Position numbers and translations under genes: made by a program | In this document: positions 37,064 through 45,627 of the stretch, piece by piece | How the letters are laid out: each line of letters starts with the position of its first letter | Numbering within the stretch: the stretch's first letter is position 1 | NCBI GenBank assembly: GCA_008933025.1 | Contig: WBXI01000002.1 | Span: 1-63,348 of the forward strand | Length of the DNA stretch: 63,348 nucleotides | Direction: 5' to 3' | Source: Verrucomicrobiota bacterium | Lineage (GTDB): Bacteria > Verrucomicrobiota > Verrucomicrobiia > Limisphaerales > UBA9464 | The notes under the pieces: model-generated | Told to the model about the DNA's origin: nothing | Databases searched by the model: none | Seen by the model: only the letters and a program-made list of their open reading frames with translations

Positions 37064-39010
37064 ATGTTTCGTTCCGAGCGCTTTTTCCGGACACCGGTGC
37101 TCCTGCATTGGATCGCGGCCGCTTGCCTCGCGCGCGCGGCGGACCGGCCAGCAGGCCTCCACATGACGGTGAGTTCCGGCGGGGCAACCGACCAGTCGGC
37201 GTGGCCGAACGCCCAGCTTTTCGTGCCGGCCGGCGAACCGGCGACGCCGTTCGTCGCACCCGGTGCGTTCACCGCGACATGGACCGGATTCGTCGCGTCG
37301 GAACTGCGGGCCGAATACGCCTTCGAAGCGGAAGGGGTGGGCGAGATCCGGGTCGAGGTCAACGGCACCGAGGCGTTTTCGGGAAAGGGCGACGGAACGA
37401 AGCCGGTGACGGGTCCGGCCGTGAAGCTCAACAAAGGCGCCAATGCATTGAAAGTGCAGTTGAAGACGGACGGGGCGGGCGACGCATTCCTCCGGTTGTA
37501 TTGGTCGAACAAGGAAACACCCCGGAACCCGGTGCCGGCAGCGGCATTGTCGCACGACGACAGCCCGGGACTGAAAGCATCGATGGCCCTGCACGAGGGA
37601 CGCGACCTCTTCCTCGAGGGACGCTGCATCCGTTGCCACGCCGCGAAGGCCACGATCCCCGAGGGCGCGATGGACGCGCCATCCCTGACCGGGATCGGCG
37701 GTCGGCGCAACGAGGCGTGGCTGGCGCGGTGGATAGAGAATCCGCAGTCCCTGCGCGCAGGCACGCCGATGCCGCGGGTTTTCGCCGGGGCCGATGCCAA
37801 GGCGAATGCGACCGCGGTGGCGGCGTATCTCGCATCGCTGAAAGGAAAGACGGCCGAATTGGGCAAGCCGGGCGACAAGGAGTTGGGCCGCGTCCTGTAC
37901 GAGAAACTGCTGTGTGCCTCGTGCCACAATCCGCCCGACGCCACGCAATCCGACCCGGCGAAGATCGGGCAGAAGGCGGTGAAGGCCAAGTTCGCCCCCG
38001 GCGCCCTCGCGGCGTTCCTGGTCAAGCCGGAGGAACATTTCGCGTGGATCCGGATGCCGAATTTCCGGCTGTCTCCCGATGAAGCCGCCCACCTCGCGGC
38101 GTATCTCGAGAGCGCGGCCGACGCACCGTTCGAGGCCCCTGCCGGCACGGACCCCGCGGCGATCGCCAGGGGACGCGCACTGGTGGAGTCGTCGGGTTGC
38201 GTGGATTGCCATGTCCTGGAGGGCGTGAAATCGACGCGCACCGCGAAAGCTTTGGCGGACATCGGGGCGGACCGATGGACGGCGGGATGCCTGGCGGATG
38301 CCCCGACCGAAGATTCGAAGGCGCCGCGCTATGCCTTCACGGAATCCCAGCGCGGGGCGCTGCGGGCGTGGGGCAACGGCGACCACGCGTCGCTGGGCCG
38401 TGCGACCGCGGCCGATTTCCTGACCCGCCATTCGGCCCACCTGCAATGCGCCGAGTGCCACGGCAAGCACGAGGGGTTCCCGTCGTGGGAATTGCTCGGC
38501 GGCAAATTGAAGCCGGAATGGGCGACCCGGTTCATCGGCGGGCAGGAATCGTGGAAGCCGCGCACGTGGCTCGAGGCGCGCATGCCCGCTTTTCCGGCCT
38601 ATGCCGCCGGGTTGGGCACGGGGTTGGCGACCCGGCACGGCCTGCCCGCGGTCACCGCGACGGAAGCGCCGGGGAGCGGGGATGACGCGGAGAAGGGTCG
38701 CAAACTGGTGAGTGCGAACGGCGGATTTTCCTGCGTGTCCTGCCACGGCGCCGGGGATTTTGCCGCGACCGCCGTCTTCGAGGCACCCGGCATCAACCTC
38801 GCGCGCAGTTTCGAGCGCATCCAACCGGACTACTTCCGGCGCTGGCTCCGCAGCCCGATGAGCGTCGATTCCACCACGAAAATGCCCGCTTACTTCGACG
38901 AGGAAGGGAAGAGCCCTTTGCCCGAGTTCTACGGCGGCGACGGCCCGAAGACGATGGCCGCAGTGTGGGAATACCTGCGCCTCGGCTCGAAAATGCCCAA
39001 GCCGGAATGA
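37064..39010 (+). CDS. secreted PA14-like domain + pentahaem c-type cytochrome protein
   Basis: ATG 37064 inside ORF 36593..39010. Signal-like MFRSERFFRTPVLLHWIAAACLARAA. PA14-like N-domain (FTATWTGFV...IRVEVNG...LKVQLKTDGAGDAFLRLYW). Five CxxCH motifs: CIRCH, CASCH, CVDCH, CAECH, CVSCH. Confidence 0.85.
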   Translation: MFRSERFFRTPVLLHWIAAACLARAADRPAGLHMTVSSGGATDQSAWPNAQLFVPAGEPATPFVAPGAFTATWTGFVASELRAEYAFEAEGVGEIRVEVNGTEAFSGKGDGTKPVTGPAVKLNKGANALKVQLKTDGAGDAFLRLYWSNKETPRNPVPAAALSHDDSPGLKASMALHEGRDLFLEGRCIRCHAAKATIPEGAMDAPSLTGIGGRRNEAWLARWIENPQSLRAGTPMPRVFAGADAKANATAVAAYLASLKGKTAELGKPGDKELGRVLYEKLLCASCHNPPDATQSDPAKIGQKAVKAKFAPGALAAFLVKPEEHFAWIRMPNFRLSPDEAAHLAAYLESAADAPFEAPAGTDPAAIARGRALVESSGCVDCHVLEGVKSTRTAKALADIGADRWTAGCLADAPTEDSKAPRYAFTESQRGALRAWGNGDHASLGRATAADFLTRHSAHLQCAECHGKHEGFPSWELLGGKLKPEWATRFIGGQESWKPRTWLEARMPAFPAYAAGLGTGLATRHGLPAVTATEAPGSGDDAEKGRKLVSANGGFSCVSCHGAGDFAATAVFEAPGINLARSFERIQPDYFRRWLRSPMSVDSTTKMPAYFDEEGKSPLPEFYGGDGPKTMAAVWEYLRLGSKMPKPE

Positions 39011-39032
39011 CCCGGTCCCGCGTCTTCCCACC

Positions 39033-39722
39033 TCAGGCGTTGCCGTCGAGTCGGTAGCCGACCCCACGGACGGTTTCGACGAGGTGGGCGGCTCCCTCCA
39101 GTTTGTCGCGGAGTCGGCGGATGTGGGTGTCCACGGTCCGCGCATCGACGCCGTCCTGTTCCCCGGGGTGCCAGACGTCGGCCAGCAAATGCTCGCGGGT
39201 CAGCACGCGTCCACGCCGGCGGGCCAAGGCCGTCAGCAACCGGAACTCGGTTGCCGTCAGGTCAAGGTCCCTTCCCCGCACCAAAACACGGTGCCCGGGC
39301 ACGTCGATCGCCATTTCGCCAAAAACCAGCGTCTCGGGGTCGGTCGCCGCCGGTTCGCATCGGTCGAGGCTCCGTCGGATGCGGAGGGCGAGCTCGCGTG
39401 GACTGAATGGTTTGGTCACGAAGTCGTCGGCCCCGAGTTCGAAACCAAGCAACCGGTCCACCTCGGTGTCCCGGCCGCTGACGATGACGAAGGGAATATG
39501 CCGGGTGGCCGGATCCCGCCGGATCCGCCGGCAAATCTCGAAGCCATCGAGATCGGGCAGCACCAGATCGAGAACGACCAACCGGGGGGCTTCGGTGCGG
39601 ATTTTCTCGAGCGCATCGCGGCCGGTACCGGACAACACCACTTCCATCCCGGCATGGCGCAGATGTCTGGCGATCAGTTCCGCGATGTCGGGCTCGTCTT
39701 CGACCACCAAGACTTTGGCCAT
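39033..39722 (-). CDS. OmpR/PhoB-family response regulator
   Basis: ATG 39722 (MAKVLVVEDEPD). Receiver Asp in LVVLDLVLPDLDG, plus KPF. Winged-helix end RTVDTHIRRLRDKL...VRGVGYRL. Confidence 0.9.
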   Translation of the reverse strand: MAKVLVVEDEPDIAELIARHLRHAGMEVVLSGTGRDALEKIRTEAPRLVVLDLVLPDLDGFEICRRIRRDPATRHIPFVIVSGRDTEVDRLLGFELGADDFVTKPFSPRELALRIRRSLDRCEPAATDPETLVFGEMAIDVPGHRVLVRGRDLDLTATEFRLLTALARRRGRVLTREHLLADVWHPGEQDGVDARTVDTHIRRLRDKLEGAAHLVETVRGVGYRLDGNA

Positions 39723-40160
39723 GGTTTCGAATCTGCGGACGCGACTAGGCCATGCGATGTCGCCGGGGTTACAAGTCCGTGACAAGGGGCCCGCCAGACG
39801 GGCACGCCCCGTCGCACAACCCGCTCCCACGTTCCGAGATGCGCCCCGGTCGCGCGCCCATCCGGCCGCCGCCGTGGTCGTCCTCGCCGGCCGCACCCAG
39901 CGTTGGGGACCGCATGATTCGGGCTTCATTCCACCCATCCGACGCCCAATCCCTTGGCGAAGCCTGTCGGCATGCCGTCGAGGGGAGGGATCGGACCGGA
40001 TGAAACGGGATGGCCCATGGCGGGCGGTCGCGCCGCGGTCATTGGGTCTCGGGGTCGAGGGCGAGATCGCGACGCCGCGGGAATCCCTTTGGATCCCGTG
40101 TCGGCGGACGGAATCCGAGCGTAATGCTCCGGGGCCCCTGCCGGCGACAACACGGTGACG

Positions 40161-40197
40161 AACCCCGCCCGTGCGAACTCCCCGGGGTTTTTGTTTT
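40161..40197 (+). terminator. terminator-like hairpin + T-tract just upstream of ndk (terminator or attenuator)
   Basis: aaccccg (40161-40167) pairs with cggggtt (40183-40189), with a 15-nt loop. The T-rich run tttttgtttt (40188-40197) ends 35 nt before the ndk ATG. No annotated plus-strand gene lies upstream. Confidence 0.35.
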
Positions 40198-40232
40198 CAG
40201 GCTGGGGCGGCTTCGGCAACACTCCGCGCCCC

Positions 40233-40649
40233 ATGGAACGTACGTTGGTACTCTGCAAGCCGGACTGTATGGACAAGAACCTTGCCGGCGAGGTTCTCCG
40301 CCGCTTCGAAGCGGCCGGGTTGCGTCTTTCGGCGGCGAAACTGATCCGCCTCGACGACGCCGTGCTCACCGAGCATTACGTCCACCTGAAGGATCGCCCG
40401 TTTTTCCCCGAAATCCTCGCTTTCATGAAGGAACGTCCGGTCCTCGCCCTGATTCTCAACGGGCCCGGGGCCGTCGCCTTGGTGCGCGACCTGCTCGGGC
40501 CGACGGATTCGCGCAAGGCACCCAAGGGCACGATCCGCGGCGATCTCGGCACGGACAGCATGCGCAACATCGCCCACGCTTCGGATTCGGCGGAAAACGC
40601 CGAGATCGAGGTCCGTCGTTTCTTTCTCCCCGCCGAGATCGTCGGCTGA
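40233..40649 (+). CDS. ndk: nucleoside-diphosphate kinase
   Basis: ATG 40233. MERTLVLCKPD, GTIRGDLG and the active-site segment NIAHASDS. Confidence 0.9.
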   Translation: MERTLVLCKPDCMDKNLAGEVLRRFEAAGLRLSAAKLIRLDDAVLTEHYVHLKDRPFFPEILAFMKERPVLALILNGPGAVALVRDLLGPTDSRKAPKGTIRGDLGTDSMRNIAHASDSAENAEIEVRRFFLPAEIVG

Positions 40650-40671
40650 TCCCGCCGGGGCCGCCGACCCC

Positions 40672-40699
40672 GCGGGTTCCCGTTCTTGTGGGAACCCGC
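40672..40699. terminator. GC-rich hairpin between convergent ndk and Wzy/TPR genes
   Basis: Perfect 10-bp stem gcgggttccc (40672-40681) / gggaacccgc (40690-40699) with an 8-nt loop. It sits between stops at 40649 (+) and 40704 (-). There is no U-tract on either strand, so function as a terminator is uncertain. Confidence 0.3.
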
Positions 40700-40703
40700 C
40701 GGG

Positions 40704-42611
40704 CTACCGCGCCGGGCCACCGGCTTTTTCCTGATCCTTCCAGAGACCGCGGTCGATTTCGTCCACGTAACGCCGGGCGAACCAATTGTCCCAACCGTTC
40801 CACTGGAGGGTTTGCTCGAACACGACGCGGGCCTTGGCGACACGGCCCTGGGTGAGCAGGTTCCAGCCGTAGTGATTGTGGATCACGACGTCGTTGGGTC
40901 CCAAGTCGACGGCCTTCTCGAACTCCCGTTTGGCCCGGGCTCCGTCGCCGAGCCAATGCGCGGCGAGGCCCAAGGCAAGGTGCGGTTGCGGGTCGTGCGG
41001 GTTGGCCTTGATCGATCGCTCGAGCCAGACGACGGCATTCGTCGCCTCCTCGCGCCACAGACCGGCGCCCTGCCAAAAGAGGCGGCGGTAGTCCTCGCCG
41101 AGTTCGTAGGCGGTGCGCGGGTTTCCCGGTTGGATCGCCGCCGCGGCCTTGAGGTCGTCGAGCAACTCGGCCGATACCGTGCGGCGCGTGCCGGCCCGAT
41201 TCAGGTGCCAACCCTCGCGCCCATACGACAGGGCGGTCGGCAAGGCGAAAGCCAGCGCGACGCCGACCAACGCCGTCGCCGGAATCCGGCTCCACCATCT
41301 CGGGGTCACCCAGAAATCGTCCGTCGCGAAACGGATCGTCGATGCCAACTGCCCGGCCAACAGCACGGCCAACAGGCCGATGGCGGGAATGTGCAGGAGG
41401 AAATCGCCCGCCGAATGGATCGCCAACCCCAGCAGCCCGAGGCACGACCCAAGGAAAAATGCCGTCCGGTTGCTGCCCCGGTTGCTGTTCCGCGCGCCGA
41501 GGTCGCTGGCGCCGCGCTCGACATATTTCCGGGATTTCAGGATCCCACCCACGAGGGCGGCGATGCCGAGTCCCACGATGGCCGCGCCCGCGATGCCGTA
41601 GTCGCAAAGGGTGTTGAGGTACTCGTTGTGGACGTAACCCGGCGCGGTTTGGAGGCTCGGTTCGCGATAGGCCGGGAACCGGATGTCGTAGTGTGCGGGA
41701 CCCACGCCCAACACCGGGTTTACCTTCCACATCGCCAGGGCCGGACGCCAGAGATGCGCGCGTCCCGCGGCATCGCCGGTTCCCCCGGCGTTCACGCCGT
41801 CGATCCGTCGCTGCGCCTTGTCGCTCAGCGCCACGAAGGCAACCGCCGCGACCGCCAGCAATCCCAGCGCGGTCAAAGCCGGGATCCGCAGCTGGCTCCG
41901 GCGGAGCAGCAGCCACAGGAAGAACAACAGCAGGACCAATCCGCCGGCGAGCCATCCACCGCGCGACATCGTGAAGGCCAGACCGGCGGTCATCATCGCC
42001 GCGCCGTAGCCGTGGAGGATCCGCAACGGCCCGCGGTCGCGCCCCAGGAACACCTGGGCCAACGCCAACGGCAGCAGCATCACCAGCAATCCCGCGAAAT
42101 GGTTCGGGTTCACGAACGTGGCTCCGGACCGACGGAAATACTGGGGGGGCTGGGGCAGCCACAGCACGTGGTCGCCATGCCCAAGGAACTGGATGGTCGC
42201 GTAGATCGACAGGAGCGTCCCCAGCAGGACCAGCACGTGCACGGCGAGGACCAGCGTTTCCTGCCCGTGCAGGTTTTGCAGGACCAACACGAAGGCGATG
42301 GCGTACACCGCGAGGAGCCAGAGTTCCTGCCGGGCCACGTAGGGCACGTCGGCTCCCTGCGTCCGCCATGCCGCGTAACCGACGAAGGCGGCGATCGGCA
42401 AAAGCACGGGATGGAGCAGGAAGCGATGCGAGGGATTGGTCCACAACCGCAGCACCCACAGCACCGCCGCGACACCCAGCATCCCCGTCACCACGGCGAG
42501 TTCCGTCGCGCGGGTCGCACCGAACAGGACGCTGCCAAACACGACCGCGCCCAGCACGAGCAGCACGATCGACCTCTCCAGCAACCCGTCGAACTTTTCC
42601 CGGTCCTTCAT
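40704..42611 (-). CDS. O-antigen ligase (Wzy_C)-family polytopic membrane protein with C-terminal TPR domain
   Basis: ATG 42611 (MKDREKFDGLLERSIVLLVLG). About 10 TM helices, a Wzy_C-like loop (FTMSRGGWLAGGL...HNEYLNTLCDYG) and a C-terminal TPR-like end (AVVWLERSIKANPHDPQPHLALGLAAHWLGD...). The upstream part of ORF 40704..44450 is a shadow of the AAA gene. Confidence 0.8.
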   Translation of the reverse strand: MKDREKFDGLLERSIVLLVLGAVVFGSVLFGATRATELAVVTGMLGVAAVLWVLRLWTNPSHRFLLHPVLLPIAAFVGYAAWRTQGADVPYVARQELWLLAVYAIAFVLVLQNLHGQETLVLAVHVLVLLGTLLSIYATIQFLGHGDHVLWLPQPPQYFRRSGATFVNPNHFAGLLVMLLPLALAQVFLGRDRGPLRILHGYGAAMMTAGLAFTMSRGGWLAGGLVLLLFFLWLLLRRSQLRIPALTALGLLAVAAVAFVALSDKAQRRIDGVNAGGTGDAAGRAHLWRPALAMWKVNPVLGVGPAHYDIRFPAYREPSLQTAPGYVHNEYLNTLCDYGIAGAAIVGLGIAALVGGILKSRKYVERGASDLGARNSNRGSNRTAFFLGSCLGLLGLAIHSAGDFLLHIPAIGLLAVLLAGQLASTIRFATDDFWVTPRWWSRIPATALVGVALAFALPTALSYGREGWHLNRAGTRRTVSAELLDDLKAAAAIQPGNPRTAYELGEDYRRLFWQGAGLWREEATNAVVWLERSIKANPHDPQPHLALGLAAHWLGDGARAKREFEKAVDLGPNDVVIHNHYGWNLLTQGRVAKARVVFEQTLQWNGWDNWFARRYVDEIDRGLWKDQEKAGGPAR

Positions 42612-42781
42612 GACGTTGTCCCGGCGACGGTAGGAGCGTTGTCGTGCCCCGCGCGAGGCAACATTTGGGCGAAGTTTCCCGTTTTCGTCGTCGATGGCGG
42701 CCCCGCGATGCATTGCGGGTCGTCGCGGCGCAAAGTCCGGGCCAATCACCCCCGGGAAAACCCGCGACCCCGACACCCGCT

Positions 42782-44338
42782 TCAGTCCGTGGCCCCGGCA
42801 TCCGCTTCGCCCCCTGCCGGCAACGGGTCCGCGGCACTCGCCCGCCGCGCACGCCCTTCCGCCCAGTGGCGGAGACGGCGGATCTGCTCGTCCATGGTCC
42901 GCGCCAAGGGAACCGTCGATTGGATCGACGCCAGGATGTGGTCCGTCGTGACCTCCGTCCCGGCGTGGTAGGCGTCGTAAAGCGCGCTGTTGATGGCTTC
43001 CTCGAGCTCCGCCCCGCTGAAATCCACCGCCGCCTCCGCCAGCACCGCGACATCGTAGTGGTCCGGGTTGCGGCCGCGCCGCGCGACATGGACGCGGAGG
43101 ATTTCCCGGCGTTCGCCGGGCGCGGGCAGATCCACGAAGAAGATCTCGTCGAGCCGGCCTTTGCGCAGCAGCTCGGGCGGCAGGTTCGATATCTCGTTGG
43201 CGGTGGCGACCACGAACACCGGCGCGGTCTTTTCGGAAAGCCACGTCAGGAACGTGCCCAACACGCGGGCCGCCGTCCCGCCGTCGCTCGATCCGCTCCC
43301 ATGCGTGCCGGCAAAGGCCTTGTCGATCTCGTCGACCCACAGGACGGCGGGGGCGATGCCCTCGGCGAGGGCGATCGCCCGGCGCATGTTCTCTTCGGAC
43401 GAACCGACGAGGCCGGCGAACATCCGGCCCATGTCGAAGCGAAGGAGCGGGAGTTGCCAGAGGGCGGAAACGGCCTTGGCACAAAGGCTCTTGCCGCAAC
43501 CCTGCACGCCAAGGAGCAGGACGCCGCGGGGTACCGACAACCCGAAGGCGCGGGCTTCGGGCGTGAACGCGGCGCCGCGCTTCGTCAGCCAATCCTTCAA
43601 CAGGCCGAGTCCCCCCACCCGCCCGAAGTGTTCCTCGTGCGCGCAATACTCCAGCAAACCGCTCTTGCGGACGATCTGCCGCTTCTCGGCGAACACCGCG
43701 TTGACATCGTCGCCCGAGAGTCGGCCGTCCTGGACGATGATGCGCGCGAACACGTTCTCGGCTTCCGCGAGCGAAAGACCGGAGGCCGCCTGCAACAGGC
43801 GGGCGCGCCCGGCCTCGTCGAGATCGACGGCCACCTCGCGCCGGGCCTGGAGTTCTCCCACGATCTGGTCGAGCAAGGCACCAAGTTCCGCCGTGTCCGG
43901 AAGGGGCAGGTGCAGGACGGTGATCTCCTTCTCGAGTTCGGGCGGGATGTCGAGGACGGGCGAGAGGATGACGAGGGTCTTGAGACTGTGCTTGAGGTGG
44001 AGCGCGATGTCCTTGAGGCGACGGACGACCGCCGGTTGGGAGCGGTTGAGGAAAGCGTGGAGATCCTTGAAGACGAAGAGGGCGGGATCGACGAGTTCGA
44101 GGACGTGATCGAGGGCGACGAGCGGGTCGCGCGTGGCGGGATTGGCGGGTTTGCGGGACTGGATGTTGGTGCCGGCGGGAACGAGTCCGGCGGAACACGA
44201 CCATTCGTGGAGCTTCTTGTTGCGGCGCCGCGCGACTTCGCCGAGGAGATCGAGCGCACGCAGTTCCTCGCCGGTGACGATGTAGAGGACCGGGTAACGC
44301 GCGCGGACGAGCAACTCCAGTTCGGCATCGAAGGACAT
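42782..44338 (-). CDS. AAA+ ATPase (classic clade, single AAA module) with ~240-aa N-domain of unknown function
   Basis: ATG 44338. Walker A GVQGCGKS, Walker [10 protein letters not shown], sensor-1 VVATAN, Arg-finger region [19 protein letters not shown]. Confidence 0.85.
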   Translation of the reverse strand: MSFDAELELLVRARYPVLYIVTGEELRALDLLGEVARRRNKKLHEWSCSAGLVPAGTNIQSRKPANPATRDPLVALDHVLELVDPALFVFKDLHAFLNRSQPAVVRRLKDIALHLKHSLKTLVILSPVLDIPPELEKEITVLHLPLPDTAELGALLDQIVGELQARREVAVDLDEAGRARLLQAASGLSLAEAENVFARIIVQDGRLSGDDVNAVFAEKRQIVRKSGLLEYCAHEEHFGRVGGLGLLKDWLTKRGAAFTPEARAFGLSVPRGVLLLGVQGCGKSLCAKAVSALWQLPLLRFDMGRMFAGLVGSSEENMRRAIALAEGIAPAVLWVDEIDKAFAGTHGSGSSDGGTAARVLGTFLTWLSEKTAPVFVVATANEISNLPPELLRKGRLDEIFFVDLPAPGERREILRVHVARRGRNPDHYDVAVLAEAAVDFSGAELEEAINSALYDAYHAGTEVTTDHILASIQSTVPLARTMDEQIRRLRHWAEGRARRASAADPLPAGGEADAGATD

Positions 44339-44661
44339 GGGCGGAGCGTGTCCGAACGGGCGCGGGTTGAACAGGCCGCGAAGGCCGACCGGGACAAAGG
44401 AACGCTTTGTGGCATCGTGGATGGGCGCACCGAGGGGTCACGCGGGCCACACTTGATATGCCAGGCCCCGGGCCCGGCGCCGCAGCTTTCCTGGATGTCG
44501 AGATGCACCCGCCATGCGGCTAATACCGGGAAACAGCTCGCGTCAGCCGGTTGGAAAAGCTCTGATCCAAGCCCGTGCGAGGGGAAACTGTCGTGCCCGG
44601 CACCCCGAACCACGCTGGCCGATGTCGCTGATTCGGTCTTTGGTTACGGATCCCATATCAA

Positions 44662-45540
44662 ATGAAGCTCACGGAACGCATCAAGCACCGCATTCTGTCC
44701 TTCCCCGGATTTGGCGGCCTGCGCCTCGCGGAGTATGTCCGCCAATGGGTGATGCCACGCAATCTCCCTCCACCGCCGGACGACTCCACCGTCCCGGACA
44801 CGCTGTTCGGGCAAGCGGGCATAGACCTGAAAGCGGCGGGGCAATTGGACCTCCTGCGACGTCTGAAACAGCACTCCGCGGTCTTCCGCTCCCTCCGGGA
44901 GCAAAAGGAAATCAACGTTTGGGGCACCCCCGATCGTATCGCCAACGGGATGTTCCACACTCCCGACGCCGAGATTTACGCCGGACTCATCATGGAGTTC
45001 GCCCCCAGTCAAATCGTGGAGATTGGTTCGGGCTTTAGCACCCGAATTGCCCGCGTCGCCCTTGATGCCGCCGGGAATTCGGCGCCTTTGATCGCCGTCG
45101 ATCCCCAGCCCCGGTGCGATGTCCAACCAATGGTCTCGCGGCTGCTTCAACAACCCATAGAGGACGTCGATCTCGATAACTTCGACGTGGCACCCGGCTC
45201 AATCCTGTTCATCGATTCGAGTCACATTTGCCGCACTGGCGGCGACCTTCCGCGGATCTTCTGCCAAATCCTCCCGTCCTTGCCGCCAGGCGTGCTCGTC
45301 CACGTCCACGACATCTTCATACCCTACGATTACCCGGTCTGTTACCAGCGTGGCCTTTGGAATGAACAGTACCTCCTGCACGCGCTTCTGAGTGGCGGCC
45401 GGCGTTTCGAAGTGGTGCTCGCCATCCATTTTCTGTCGCGATTCCACCCCGATGCCCTGCGGGATGCGATCAGCCCCGACGCCGGTCGGGACAAGCACTC
45501 GTTCGGGGCGTCATTTTGGTTCCGCACGACGGCCGGGTGA
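44662..45540 (+). CDS. class I SAM-dependent methyltransferase (Methyltransf_24/CmcI-like)
   Basis: ATG 44662. Motif I VEIGSGFST and the acidic/His block ILFIDSSH. Visibly lower GC than its neighbours. Confidence 0.65.
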   Translation: MKLTERIKHRILSFPGFGGLRLAEYVRQWVMPRNLPPPPDDSTVPDTLFGQAGIDLKAAGQLDLLRRLKQHSAVFRSLREQKEINVWGTPDRIANGMFHTPDAEIYAGLIMEFAPSQIVEIGSGFSTRIARVALDAAGNSAPLIAVDPQPRCDVQPMVSRLLQQPIEDVDLDNFDVAPGSILFIDSSHICRTGGDLPRIFCQILPSLPPGVLVHVHDIFIPYDYPVCYQRGLWNEQYLLHALLSGGRRFEVVLAIHFLSRFHPDALRDAISPDAGRDKHSFGASFWFRTTAG

Positions 45541-45627
45541 TCGCGGGGACGAGTCGGCGACGCCGCGCGTCACCCCGGGGATTGGGGGCTCCGCATCGAT
45601 GCGGCTCCGATCGATTGTCCCGGCCCT

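Noticed and set aside
39723-39760. tRNA-like T-arm sequence ggtttcgaatc just upstream of the response regulator (also gggtcgaaccc at ~13417)
   Set aside because: No acceptor, D or anticodon arms can be drawn around either. These are isolated chance matches.
40180-40187. ccccgggg palindrome as the terminator stem upstream of ndk
   Set aside because: An 8-nt perfect palindrome cannot form a stable hairpin because it leaves no loop. The longer aaccccg/cggggtt pairing is the relevant structure.
42612-44450. Upstream 600+ codons of the 1248-aa ORF 40704..44450 (and similar long N-terminal extensions of ORFs 19899..23093, 24995..27712, 26110..28152, 45628..47682, 50285..52063 and 58529..60631)
   Set aside because: These extensions overlap a different, motif-rich gene in another frame (e.g. 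the AAA+ ATPase) and translate to low-complexity Arg/Pro sequence. The real genes start at internal ATGs that give signal peptides or conserved N-termini.
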